Position numbers and translations under genes: made by a program
In this document: piece by piece, positions 1 through 9,383 of the stretch
Position numbering within the stretch: position 1 is the first letter of the stretch
Layout: each line of letters opens with the position of its first letter
The notes under the pieces: model-generated
The model's input: only the letters and a program-made list of their open reading frames with translations
Database searches by the model: none
Told to the model about the DNA's origin: nothing
Assembly (NCBI GenBank): GCA_003152165.1
Contig: PLZO01000125.1
Span: 1,346-65,345, forward strand
Direction of reading: 5' to 3'
DNA length: 64,000 nt
Source of the DNA: Chloroflexota bacterium
GTDB lineage: Bacteria; Chloroflexota; Limnocylindria; Limnocylindrales; CSP1-4

Positions 1-1081
1 TCCCCGACCGATCGTCGAACGACTCGGGGCGATGGGCTGGCTGGGCATCCCGTTTCCCGAGGATGAAGGTGGCGCCGGCCTGGACACCCTGGCCTATGCC
101 ATCGCGATCGAGGAGATCGGCCGGGTGTGGGGCTCCCTGGGGCTGATCGTCGCCGCCCATACGAGCCTTGGTTGTGGCCCGCTCCACGTGTCCGGCACGC
201 CCGAGCAGAAAGCCCGCTACCTCGTGCCGATGGCGGAGGGCCGGGTGATTGGTGCCTATGGCCTCACCGAGCCGGGAGCAGGCTCCGACTCCGGCGGCAC
301 CCGGACCACCGCTCGTTTTGAGGATGCCCCGGACGGTGGTTCGTGGGTGATCGACGGGGGCAAGCGATTCATCACGAATGCCGGCCAGGCCGGGACGTAC
401 ATTGTCACCGCCCGAACCGGGACGAGGGCAGCCAAGGCAGGTGGCCCTGCGGCCGAGGCGGCCGCCGAGATCAGTGCCTTCATCGTGCCCGCCGACACGC
501 CCGGCTTCAGCGTGGGCCGGCTTGAGGAAAAGATGGGTTTGCACGCCTCGGCGACCGGCGAGCTCATCTTCGAGGGCGCCCGGCTCCCTGCGGCCAACCT
601 GCTCGGCGAACGGGGTGGCGGCTTCCGGATTGCGCTGAACACCCTGGACGGCGGCCGGATCAGCATCGGCGCCCTGGCTGTGGGGCTGGCCCAGGCGGCC
701 CTCGACGCAGCCATCCCGTACGCCCAGACCCGGCGGCAATTCGGGCGGCCGATCGGCACGTTCCAGGGAGTCGCCTTCCTGATCGCCGACATGGCCACCG
801 AGATCGAGGCCGCTCGGCAGCTGGTCTGGCGCGCTGCCTGGCTGAAGGATCAGGGCCGAGACTACGGCCTGGCCGCAGCCCAGGCCAAGCTGTTCGCCTC
901 GGAGGTCAGCGCCCGGGCGACGAACGCCGCGATCCAGGTCCACGGAGGCTACGGCTACATCGAGGAATACAAGGTTGAGCGCTACCTGCGCGACGCCAAG
1001 CTGACCGAGATCGGGGAGGGGACGAGCCAGATCCAGCGCCTGGTGATCGCCCGCCGCATCCTGGACCTGCGGGTGGTCTAG
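1..1081 (+). CDS. acyl-CoA dehydrogenase, C-terminal ~360 codons (5' end lies outside window)
   Basis: Frame is open from the window edge with no stop before the ATG at 32. Motifs GAYGLTEPGAGSD and YGYIEEYKVERYLRDAKL are typical of the ACAD family. Stop codon at 1079-1081. Confidence 0.85.
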   Translation, partial: PRPIVERLGAMGWLGIPFPEDEGGAGLDTLAYAIAIEEIGRVWGSLGLIVAAHTSLGCGPLHVSGTPEQKARYLVPMAEGRVIGAYGLTEPGAGSDSGGTRTTARFEDAPDGGSWVIDGGKRFITNAGQAGTYIVTARTGTRAAKAGGPAAEAAAEISAFIVPADTPGFSVGRLEEKMGLHASATGELIFEGARLPAANLLGERGGGFRIALNTLDGGRISIGALAVGLAQAALDAAIPYAQTRRQFGRPIGTFQGVAFLIADMATEIEAARQLVWRAAWLKDQGRDYGLAAAQAKLFASEVSARATNAAIQVHGGYGYIEEYKVERYLRDAKLTEIGEGTSQIQRLVIARRILDLRVV

Positions 1082-1091
1082 GTCGCGATCA

Positions 1092-1571
1092 CTAGGGGTT
1101 CCCGCCGCCGCCGCCGTCGCTGCCGTTGCCGCCGTCGCCGGCGGCGGTCGTCAGGACCTGGCGGAGGGTATCCTGGAACTTCGTGCCCCAGGGTCCCTGC
1201 CCGGCCGCAACGTATGGTGACGGATCGACCGAGTCGTAGGTCGCGGGATCCGTTACGAAACTGAGCGCACACTGCGAAACCGAGCTCGACAGTCGGCTCC
1301 AGGTGGCGGCGTCGGCAAAGATGTAGATGTGGATCCGGACCGGCGCCAGCTGGTCGAGCCCCACTGCCGTGAAACTGATCGCCGTCGGAACGAGTTGCGG
1401 GTCCTTGCAGCCGGCGTCGCCGGAGACCTGGTCCGAGACAACGATCCCGGCATCCGACAGCGCCGAGACGATCCCTGGGAAGTTGGCCGGACTCGGTGAC
1501 GGCAGCTCCGACACGCGTGCTCCGCAACCGGCCAGGAGCAGAGCGAGCAGGCCGACGACGATCCGGGACAT
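1092..1571 (-). CDS. putative lipoprotein
   Basis: N-terminus MSRIVVGLLALLLAGCG is a signal peptide with a lipobox cysteine. The gene is convergent with the ACAD gene and the product has no R/P-rich bias. Confidence 0.55.
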   Translation of the reverse strand: MSRIVVGLLALLLAGCGARVSELPSPSPANFPGIVSALSDAGIVVSDQVSGDAGCKDPQLVPTAISFTAVGLDQLAPVRIHIYIFADAATWSRLSSSVSQCALSFVTDPATYDSVDPSPYVAAGQGPWGTKFQDTLRQVLTTAAGDGGNGSDGGGGGNP

Positions 1572-1709
1572 GGCCCGAGGCTACCACCGGATCGGCTCAC
1601 CCGCGGCCGGAGCGCCAGCGGCACCGTCGTATCGTACGATTGGCGGGCTCAAGCGCTTGTTGACGGGCCCGCCGTCGAGCCCGTTCGCCGCGTCCCCTTT
1701 GAGGAACCC

Positions 1710-3029
1710 GTGCCCCAAGTCCGACCGTTTCGTGCCCTCCGCTACGAGCCAGAGATCGTCGGTGATCTCGCGGCGGTGGTCAGCCCGCCGTACGACGTGA
1801 TCAGCCCGACCGAAGCAGTCGCCCTCCTGGCTCGTCACCCAAAGAACGTGGTCCGGCTCGACCTGCCCGTCGGCGAGCAGGGCGACGGCCCCGACGACCG
1901 CTATCGACGGGCCGCTCGGACGTTCGCGGCCTGGCGATCCGACGGGACGTTCCATAAGGACCCCCGACCCTCGCTCTACGTCTACGAGCAGGCCTACCGC
2001 GTACCGGGCTCGGCGATCGAGCGTGTCCAGCGGGGCTTCTTCGGCCGGCTCCGGCTCGAGCCATTCGAGCCCGGGTCCGGCGTCTTGCCCCACGAGCGAA
2101 CGATGTCGGCCCCACGGGAGGATCGCTACAAGCTGCTCCGGGCGACCGGCGTGAACACGAGTCCGGTCGTCGGCCTATACGAGGATCCGGCCGGCCAGTC
2201 GGCGAGGATCCTGGAGGACGTTGCCCGGACAAATCCGATCGCCGACGTCACCGATGACGACAGGGTCCGCCACCGGATGTGGGCGCTGCCCGCCGAGGGG
2301 TCCGAGGCGGGCCAGGTGGCGACCTTGATCGCCGCTGCGGCGGCGGGACCGATCACGATCGCTGACGGCCACCACCGCTACGAAACGGCCCTGCGCTACC
2401 GTGACGAGCGCCGGATGAGTCGCTCCTGCGAGGAGGACCCTGCGTTCGATTACATCCTGATGCTCTTCCTGGAAGCAACGAGCCCACTGACTGTGTTGCC
2501 GACCCATCGGGTCCTGGGCGGCCTGGGCGAAGATGGCGTTGCGGTCCTCCGGCGGGGGCTGAGCGACCTGTTTGACGAGGAGCCCATCGACGCAGCGGCC
2601 CATTTGATCGCCGACTTTGGAGCCAACGGGTCGGCGCACAGTGGGCGCGGCCGCTTCGGCCTGTGGACACGCTCCGGCGGTGCCATCCTGACCGCCCGCT
2701 CGGCCGCCTTCGAGCCGCTCGTGCCGGCGGGCGGGCAAGCCCTGCGCCATCTTGATGTCACCCTCCTGCAGGTGGTCCTCGAGCAGCTCGCCGGGATCGA
2801 CCAGGCGAGCATGGCTGCCGGCCGGGTTGTCTACACCAAGTCGGCGGAGGAGGCGATTGCCTGGGTGAACGGCACGTCGGACGGCGCCGACGTCGCATTC
2901 CTGCTCGAACCTACGCCGGTCGCCGCCATCGTCGAGGTTGCCCGGGAGGGTGACGTCATGCCCCAGAAGTCGACCTATTTCTACCCGAAGCCGTTGACCG
3001 GCCTCGTAATCAACCCACATGAGTGGTAG
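1710..3029 (+). CDS. DUF1015 family protein
   Basis: The N-terminus MPQVRPFRALRYEP matches the DUF1015 signature I recall. The ORF is 439 aa with coherent composition. Confidence 0.75.
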   Translation: MPQVRPFRALRYEPEIVGDLAAVVSPPYDVISPTEAVALLARHPKNVVRLDLPVGEQGDGPDDRYRRAARTFAAWRSDGTFHKDPRPSLYVYEQAYRVPGSAIERVQRGFFGRLRLEPFEPGSGVLPHERTMSAPREDRYKLLRATGVNTSPVVGLYEDPAGQSARILEDVARTNPIADVTDDDRVRHRMWALPAEGSEAGQVATLIAAAAAGPITIADGHHRYETALRYRDERRMSRSCEEDPAFDYILMLFLEATSPLTVLPTHRVLGGLGEDGVAVLRRGLSDLFDEEPIDAAAHLIADFGANGSAHSGRGRFGLWTRSGGAILTARSAAFEPLVPAGGQALRHLDVTLLQVVLEQLAGIDQASMAAGRVVYTKSAEEAIAWVNGTSDGADVAFLLEPTPVAAIVEVAREGDVMPQKSTYFYPKPLTGLVINPHEW

Positions 3030-3903
3030 GACCATGACCGAGCGCTCGAGCGGCATCATGCCGATGCCCGCCGCGGCACCCACCCGCCCGGTTCGCAAGG
3101 ACGAGATCGAGCTGAGCGACCGGGGCATCTACATCGAGTCGTGGTTGCCCGAACGGCGTTCGCGCCGGCGACCGCTCCTGTTCGTCCACGGCGAGCTCGC
3201 CGGATCCTGGGTCTGGGAGCAGCATCTCCAATACTTCGCGGCGCGCGGCTGGGAAGGCCATGCGCTCAACCTGCGCAATCATTTCTGGTCGCAGACCGCG
3301 GACCCAACGACGCTCTCGTTCGATACGTACACTGAAGACGTCCTCGAGGCAATCGAACGCCTCGGCTCGGCGGTCGTCGTGATCGGCCATGGCATGGGCG
3401 GCCTCCTCGCCCTCAAGGCGGCCGAGCGGCGGCCTGTCGGTGGGCTGATCCTGCTGTCCTCCGAGCTGCCCAAAGAGCTCCGCGACCCGGCTCTCGCCCA
3501 CGAGCTGCGCGAGATCCCCGAGGTCTACGGGCGCGACCTGCTCGGCTGGGAGACCCTGCCCGAGCGCCTCCAGCGCGATCACCGGGACCTGGCCCTGGCC
3601 GACATCCTGCGGATCCAGCACCTGCTCGGCCAGAAACCCCATGAGTCGGGCGCGGCGCGGCGCCAGATGATCGCGGGCGTGCCGATCGAGCGAGCCCGAC
3701 TCGCGGGCATCCCGACCCTGGTGGTCGGGGCAGGTCTCGACCGGTACGTTCCGGAGGCCGCCAGCGAGCGGCTCGCCGAGTGGCTGTCGGCCGACTACGA
3801 ACCATTCGGTGCCCATTCCCACTTCGGCCTCGTCCTGGGTGAAGCGAGTCATCTCCAGGTCGCGGACACGGTCCGGGCCTTCCTCGAGACGAACCACCTG
3901 TAG
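3019..3903 (+). CDS. alpha/beta-fold hydrolase family protein (nucleophile Ser replaced by Gly)
   Basis: Nucleophile-elbow-like VVVIGHGMGGLLALKAA with G-H-G-M-G-G instead of G-H-S-M-G-G. Size (294 aa) and layout are consistent with the alpha/beta hydrolase fold. Confidence 0.65.
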   Translation: MSGRTMTERSSGIMPMPAAAPTRPVRKDEIELSDRGIYIESWLPERRSRRRPLLFVHGELAGSWVWEQHLQYFAARGWEGHALNLRNHFWSQTADPTTLSFDTYTEDVLEAIERLGSAVVVIGHGMGGLLALKAAERRPVGGLILLSSELPKELRDPALAHELREIPEVYGRDLLGWETLPERLQRDHRDLALADILRIQHLLGQKPHESGAARRQMIAGVPIERARLAGIPTLVVGAGLDRYVPEAASERLAEWLSADYEPFGAHSHFGLVLGEASHLQVADTVRAFLETNHL

Positions 3904-3957
3904 CCGCTCGCTGGTATCATTCCGGCCGGTCCGGCGCTCGACGCCACCGGCCGACCT

Positions 3958-4034
3958 GCCGCATTCGTCTAGAGGCCCAGGACACCGCCCTCTCAAGGCG
4001 GAGATCACCGGTTCGAATCCGGTATGCGGTACCA
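3958..4034 (+). tRNA. tRNA-Glu (anticodon CTC)
   Basis: Hand-folded cloverleaf. Acceptor stem gccgcat/atgcggt (G-U at 1:72), D-arm tcgtctagaggcccaggaca, anticodon stem ccgcc/ggcgg with loop CT-CTC-AA, T-arm accgg-ttcgaat-ccggt, discriminator A, encoded CCA. Very similar to E. coli tRNA-Glu. Confidence 0.85.
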
Positions 4035-4076
4035 GTGACTCGGTCGCTGGGGCTGGGAGAATATCCAGGAGGCCCA

Positions 4077-5189
4077 GTGCCCTACCCGTCGGCGCGTCGC
4101 CTGATCATCCTTGCTGAGGGCCACTTCGGGCCCCACGATGGTAAGACCGCGATGGGCGTGATCCGCTACGGCCACGATCCCGTGATTGCCGTCATCGATT
4201 CGACCAATGCCGGTCGAAACGTGCGCGAATGGCTCGGCGACCGACCTCGGTTTGACATCCCGATCGTCGCCTCACTGGCCGATGCACAGGCCCTCGGCCT
4301 GGTTCGGGGTACGCCCACGGCCCTCCTCATCGGTATTGCCCCAACCGGCGGCAAGCTGCCTGCCGCCTGGCGGCAGGTAATCCTCGAGTCGATCGGAGCC
4401 TGCCTCGACATCCTGTCGGGCCTGCACACCCTCATCGGCGATGACCCCGAGTTCGCCGCGGCCGCTCGCGCAGCCGGGGTGGAGATCGTCGACTATCGCC
4501 GCCCGCCGAGCCGCGAGGAGACCGCCGTCGGTCGCGCCCATGCCCCCGGCAAGCACGTGATTCTGACTGTCGGCACGGATTGCGCGATCGGCAAGATGAG
4601 CGTCGCCCTCGAGCTGCGCCAGGCTGCCATCGATGCCGGGCTGGTGGCCGTCTTCGTGCCGACTGGCCAGACCGGGATGATGATCGACGGCTGGGGCGTC
4701 GCGGTCGATCGGGTGATCAGCGACTTCAGCAACGGCACCTGCGAATGGCTGGTCGAGCAGGCTGAGGCCAAGGGCGACTGGATCATCGTCGAGGGTCAGG
4801 GCTCACTCGATCATCCTGCCTACAGCGCCGTCACGCTCGGCCTGATCCATGGCACCACCCCGCAGGCGATGGTAATGGTCCACAAGCCAGGTCTGCCCGA
4901 GCACGACTGGGACCACGTCGAGGGCCGGACGTTCCCACTCCAGCCTCTCAACGACTTCGTACGGCTCCACGAGCAGGTCGCCGGCGTGGTGGCTCCATCC
5001 AGGGTGCTGGCCATTGCGCTCAACACTTCGCTGTTCGCGGAGGAGGCGGCCGCCCGGCGGGTGATCGCCGAGACGGCCGCGGAGACGGGCCTGCCAACCG
5101 ATGATCCGGTCCGCTTCGGCCCGGCGCGCCTGTGGGCGGCGATCCAGGCTGGGGTCGAGGCGCTCGACCAGGCAACGGCCGGGCGATGA
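4077..5189 (+). CDS. DUF1611 domain protein
   Basis: Sequence VPYPSARRLIILAEGHFGPHDGKTAMGVIRYG matches the DUF1611 N-terminal pattern. RBS caggagg lies 5 nt before the GTG at 4077. The ORF-track start at 4035 would abut the tRNA CCA end, so I prefer 4077. Confidence 0.7.
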   Translation: MPYPSARRLIILAEGHFGPHDGKTAMGVIRYGHDPVIAVIDSTNAGRNVREWLGDRPRFDIPIVASLADAQALGLVRGTPTALLIGIAPTGGKLPAAWRQVILESIGACLDILSGLHTLIGDDPEFAAAARAAGVEIVDYRRPPSREETAVGRAHAPGKHVILTVGTDCAIGKMSVALELRQAAIDAGLVAVFVPTGQTGMMIDGWGVAVDRVISDFSNGTCEWLVEQAEAKGDWIIVEGQGSLDHPAYSAVTLGLIHGTTPQAMVMVHKPGLPEHDWDHVEGRTFPLQPLNDFVRLHEQVAGVVAPSRVLAIALNTSLFAEEAAARRVIAETAAETGLPTDDPVRFGPARLWAAIQAGVEALDQATAGR

Positions 5190-6247
5190 GCCTCCAGCTG
5201 AGCAGCGAGATCATCCACCTGCCCTATCGCGAGCCGTTCCGGATCGCCCGCGCCCATGGCGGCGACGGGATGAGCTCGATGATCGTCGAGCTGCGCAACG
5301 ACTCGTGGCCGGATCTCGTCGGCTATGGCGAGGGCTATCCCGACGCCTATTACGGTGAGACGCTCGAGACGATTGGAGTCGTCCTACCACTCCTGCTGGC
5401 CGCGATCGGGCCCGATGAGCTCGAGGTGACCGCAGTCGACGGCGCTGCCCTGTCCGAGAGGATCGGGGAACGGTTCGAAGCGACGATCGCCCATCACGGT
5501 GCTGCGAAATGCGCCCTCGACACGGCGGTGCACGACCTCGTCGGCAAGCACCTCGGGCTGCCGGTTCACCGGCTGCTCGGCCTGTCGTCCGCGATCGGAC
5601 CAACCGACTTTACGATCGGGATCGACGATCCCGAGGTCGTGGCGGCTCGAGCCGCCCGGGCGACCAGGTTTCCAGCCCTCAAGATCAAGGTCGGCGGCCC
5701 GTCCGACCTGGAGACGCTCGAGGCAGTCAGGCGCGTCTTTGATGGTCCAATCCGGGTCGACGCCAATACGGCCTGGACACCCGAGCAGGGCGCCCGGCTC
5801 ATCCCGGACCTGATCCGTCTCGGGGTAGAGCTGATCGAGCAGCCCTTCCCTGCCCACCGGATTGACCAGCTGGGCTGGCTCCAGGAGCGCTCGGCGCTAC
5901 CGCTCGTGGCCGACGAGAGCGCGGTCACGATCCGCGACCTCGTCGGGCTGGTGGGGGTCGTGGATGGGGTGAACGTGAAGCTGGCCAAGTGCGGCGGCCC
6001 AGGCCCGGCCAGCCGAATGCTGGCGCGTGCGCGCGAGCTCGGCTTTCGGACCTTCCTCGGCTGCATGGAGGAGACGTCGCTCGGGATTGCCGCCTCGGCC
6101 CATGTGGCCGCCGCGGCCGACTGGATCGACCTCGATGGCTGCCTGCTGATCTCGGGAGATCCGTTCGAGGGCCTCGAGCTCGGCGCCGACTGCCGCTGGC
6201 AGCTGACCGATACGCCTGGTCTGGGGATCCGCCGACGGGCGAACTGA
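5186..6247 (+). CDS. enolase-superfamily dipeptide epimerase-like (MR/MLE family)
   Basis: Motifs KIKVGG and later conserved acidic/lysine residues fit muconate cycloisomerase/dipeptide epimerase. The ATG at 5186 overlaps the upstream stop (ATGA), the usual partner arrangement with DUF1611. Confidence 0.75.
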   Translation: MSLQLSSEIIHLPYREPFRIARAHGGDGMSSMIVELRNDSWPDLVGYGEGYPDAYYGETLETIGVVLPLLLAAIGPDELEVTAVDGAALSERIGERFEATIAHHGAAKCALDTAVHDLVGKHLGLPVHRLLGLSSAIGPTDFTIGIDDPEVVAARAARATRFPALKIKVGGPSDLETLEAVRRVFDGPIRVDANTAWTPEQGARLIPDLIRLGVELIEQPFPAHRIDQLGWLQERSALPLVADESAVTIRDLVGLVGVVDGVNVKLAKCGGPGPASRMLARARELGFRTFLGCMEETSLGIAASAHVAAAADWIDLDGCLLISGDPFEGLELGADCRWQLTDTPGLGIRRRAN

Positions 6248-6443
6248 GGCACGGACGCGTGTGGACAACTTGGTGGACGAGATCGTGGACAAAACCGTGC
6301 CCCCCGTCCGGGTCGCCCTCTATGATGGTCGGAACGGGCTGAGACGCCTCGGAGGGGGCTCTCGACATCCCGATTGGATGCGGCCAGACCGCCCGCTTCC
6401 GCGGTCGAGCGCGCCTGCAGACGCGAGAGGAGGAGGGTAATCA

Positions 6444-6737
6444 TTGGCTGATATGCGCACGCCCGCCGCGGTGACAGTGTCCCCGGAGGCGATCGATTTC
6501 GTGCGCTTCTGCTACCGTCGACGACGGGTCGGCTGGCCGGAGCTGTACGACGAGATGTGCGCCGTTGCGAGCCGGGGGCTATACCACGGCTGGGGGCTGG
6601 CCGAGCTCTCCGAGCACGGGATTGGGTTCTCCCTCTTCGAGACACCCGCCCTTGCCCGAGTCGCAGCGGACGTCGCCCGGGAGGAATCCGACCGACGTCC
6701 CGCCGCCACGATCCCGATACCGGTGGCGACCCACTGA
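6444..6737 (+). CDS. hypothetical protein
   Basis: RBS gaggaggagggt lies upstream of the TTG/ATG start. The 97-aa product has balanced composition. Confidence 0.45.
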   Translation: MADMRTPAAVTVSPEAIDFVRFCYRRRRVGWPELYDEMCAVASRGLYHGWGLAELSEHGIGFSLFETPALARVAADVAREESDRRPAATIPIPVATH

Positions 6738-6986
6738 CGGGGGTCTCATCGCGGACCCATGACGCGACCCCTGTTGAATCGGCAGGGGTCGTTGGATTCA
6801 TACGCTGGCCGAGCCCACGAGCGCCGTGGCCGGCGGGGCCGTGGCCGCGGGGCCGGAGCCGTGTCGAGTGCCCAGGGCCATCTGACGCGCCAGGCTGTTC
6901 GGCGCCGGTAGGTGCACGCTTCGACCTGGCCTGTGTCGACCTGGCCTGTGTCGGCGACTGCCGGCCGGCCAGCCCCTCGACTTGCG

Positions 6987-7214
6987 CTAGGCCCGGATCT
7001 TGCGCCGCGCCATCTCACCCTCGATCTGGCGCTCCGCTTCGACGTAGCGGTCGATCTGGTCGCGGATCTCGTTCGCCTCGGGGGTGTAGAGATGGAGCTG
7101 CTGCTGAAGAATGTAGCTCAGGCGCCGGCTGGTCATCCGGACGTGGTCGAGATTTTTCATCAACACGAGCGGGTCCATCGCGGCCAGGTCCGACGGGTGG
7201 TACATCTCCTGCAT
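6987..7214 (-). CDS. hypothetical small protein (75 aa)
   Basis: Protein-like composition (MQEMYHPSDLAAMDPLVLMKNLDHV...). The overlapping plus-strand ORF is R/P-rich and looks spurious. Confidence 0.4.
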   Translation of the reverse strand: MQEMYHPSDLAAMDPLVLMKNLDHVRMTSRRLSYILQQQLHLYTPEANEIRDQIDRYVEAERQIEGEMARRKIRA

Positions 7215-7303
7215 GGGGGCATTCTAGCCGGGCTGCCGTGGGCTCGGCCGCGCTCGTGGATCCGGGAGCGTCGGCCTACATCGGGCAGAGGACGTGGCCC
7301 TGG

Positions 7304-8782
7304 CTACAGCGCGCGCAGGCGCTGGGGTGGCCAGTCCCAGTCGACCGGAAGAGCTGCGCCGCTCAGGGCGCGCCTACGACCGGCTTCGGTCGAACCCAGG
7401 ACGAGTATCCGATCCAGCTTCGTTGCCCGCCCGGCTTCGTCGCCCCACAGCTTCGTCATCTTTCGCCCGGCCGCCACATCGTCGAGGGCGACGCCGGCCA
7501 GCCGGTAGCCCGTCGGCAGCGCGGCCTCGGCCCAGACCTGCTCCGCCAGGCCCACCCCGCCCATCAGGATTCGTCCCCGATCACGCTCAACGTCGCCGAT
7601 CACCAGCACGACGACCGCGTCATCGGCCAGTACGTGCCGAAGGCCGTCGAGGACCTCGCGCATGAACTGGAGATAGGCGGTCCGGTGGTGAGCGTCGTCG
7701 AGGGCTGCGTCGATCGCTACCGGGTCCTCGCCAAGCAACCAGGCCCGCATCCAGTTGTAGTAGCCGTACTTCACGACCCGCAGGTAGGGCGGCGACGTCA
7801 CGACCAGGCGCGCCCGGTCGGGCAGGGCCCGGGCTCGGAGGGCCGTCCGGGCACGGGCACCGGCGTCACGGGCATCCCCGAGCAGGGCAATCCCGGTCGA
7901 GGCCGGCAGCGGCTGGCGGTATAGGCGGGTCAGCTTCCGATCGAGGCAACCGAACACGTCACGCTCGGGCGAATGGAAGTCGGTTCGGGCAACGTAGTCG
8001 CGGACATAGCCCCGGGCCATGCTGAATGTGTTGGGCATGACCTCCGAGAGGTAGCTTGCCGACTTGCCATGGAGGATCCCGGTCAGGCCGGCAGCGAGGA
8101 AGCGATCCACCCGGTCGTCGATGCGGAGCACGGTTCGCACGAAGAGGAGCTGGGCGAAGGTCCGCGGGTGGAAGGCGAGGGCCACCTCGAGCGGGACCGG
8201 CTCCACGCCAGCCGTCGGCGAGGCCAACGAGCCGGCCGCCGGGACCAGTGCGCCGCCGGGGCCCGGCGCGGCCAGCAGGCGCAGGGAGAGGGCCAGCCAG
8301 GCCGGGTCCTCGCTTGCCCAGCGCAATCGAAGCGCGGTGAGCCGGGTCCGTGCCTCGGCCGGTGTCGCGGGCTCGAGCTTGGCCGCAGTCAGCAGGTAGG
8401 CAAACGGATTGAGGTCGTTGCCAACACCGATCCGGCCCTCGGCACAGGCCTGCAGCGGTGTCGTCCCCCGGCCGCTGAACGGGTCGAGAACCACGTCGCC
8501 AGGGCGGGACCAGCGCGCAATGAAGGCATGGACCAAAGCGGCCGGGAAGCTCGCCAGGTACGAGCACATCGGGTGGAAGCTGTGTCCCCACAGCCGCTGC
8601 TGGTCCTTCCACTCGGGTGCGATCGCCAGCCGGGGTAGCTCTACTGGAAGTTCCAGGGCAAGCTGGGCGGCAGTCGATCCGATGGACTGGGGGGCGCTGG
8701 CGCGTTGGGCGCGCGGCACGTTCAGGCGGACCTCGCGAGGTGTCGTCGCACATCCGGGCGCGACGGGGGCGGAGTGTAGCAC
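7304..8782 (-). CDS. DNA methyltransferase (N6-adenine/N4-cytosine class; motif I before motif IV)
   Basis: DPFSGRGTT (AdoMet motif I) is followed downstream by VVTSPPYLR (motif IV). The start is uncertain; the true start may be internal, near HPMCSYLASFP. Confidence 0.75.
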   Translation of the reverse strand: MLHSAPVAPGCATTPREVRLNVPRAQRASAPQSIGSTAAQLALELPVELPRLAIAPEWKDQQRLWGHSFHPMCSYLASFPAALVHAFIARWSRPGDVVLDPFSGRGTTPLQACAEGRIGVGNDLNPFAYLLTAAKLEPATPAEARTRLTALRLRWASEDPAWLALSLRLLAAPGPGGALVPAAGSLASPTAGVEPVPLEVALAFHPRTFAQLLFVRTVLRIDDRVDRFLAAGLTGILHGKSASYLSEVMPNTFSMARGYVRDYVARTDFHSPERDVFGCLDRKLTRLYRQPLPASTGIALLGDARDAGARARTALRARALPDRARLVVTSPPYLRVVKYGYYNWMRAWLLGEDPVAIDAALDDAHHRTAYLQFMREVLDGLRHVLADDAVVVLVIGDVERDRGRILMGGVGLAEQVWAEAALPTGYRLAGVALDDVAAGRKMTKLWGDEAGRATKLDRILVLGSTEAGRRRALSGAALPVDWDWPPQRLRAL

Positions 8783-8870
8783 GCCGAATCAGGCGTTCCG
8801 CGGGTACCCGCCCGGCCAGGGCACTCGCCCTGGCCGGGCGACTGAGGTCGGATCGCCAGGGGTCGCTTGT

Positions 8871-9335
8871 TCAGCGCGGCAAGTAGCGCTTGGCCGACGA
8901 TCCGGCAAAGGCGCGGATCCGGGCGAGCAGCTGGCGTTCGGTGATCGAACTGCTCTTCTCGATCTCGATCCGTCGCTGGCGGCGATGGTTGGCGTCGTCG
9001 GCGCGGATGTGATTCGCAAAGTGCTCGACGACCTCGCCGTCCCCAATCAGAAGCAGGTCGTCGTCGACCGACAGGACATGGGCGACCTGATCGAAGAAGA
9101 CCCGCATGTGCTCGTCGCGATGGCCTTCGCTGCTCGGGTGCTCCTCGGTCGGTGGGCGCCCGGTTGAGCGACGCCGGCTGGGGACGGTCGAGTCGATGCG
9201 ATGGCGCACGGTGAGCTCAGGACCCCAGCGCAACATCGTTGCCGAGCTGGCGGAGATCCAGACACCGGTGGTTCGGGGACTGGTCATCGCAGCCCTCCTT
9301 TCCTGGGCGATCATCGAATCCGCGATCTCCCGCAC
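8871..9335 (-). CDS. hypothetical protein
   Basis: The C-terminal half (MRVFFDQVAHVLSVDDDLLLIGDGEVVEHF...) is protein-like. The N-terminal extension is doubtful. Confidence 0.4.
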   Translation of the reverse strand: MREIADSMIAQERRAAMTSPRTTGVWISASSATMLRWGPELTVRHRIDSTVPSRRRSTGRPPTEEHPSSEGHRDEHMRVFFDQVAHVLSVDDDLLLIGDGEVVEHFANHIRADDANHRRQRRIEIEKSSSITERQLLARIRAFAGSSAKRYLPR

Positions 9336-9383
9336 CCAGTCTAGGCCGCGCGTTCGCCCGGGGCAGCCCCTGGGCTGATCGAT

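Noticed and set aside
5566-6801. 411-aa minus-strand ORF
   Set aside because: It is antisense to the well-supported epimerase gene, the product is extremely R/S/P-rich, and long ORFs like this are a typical high-GC artefact.
6557-7924. 455-aa plus-strand ORF overlapping the MTase and the 75-aa gene
   Set aside because: The product is R/P/G-rich with no motifs, and it overlaps genes with clear motifs on the other strand.
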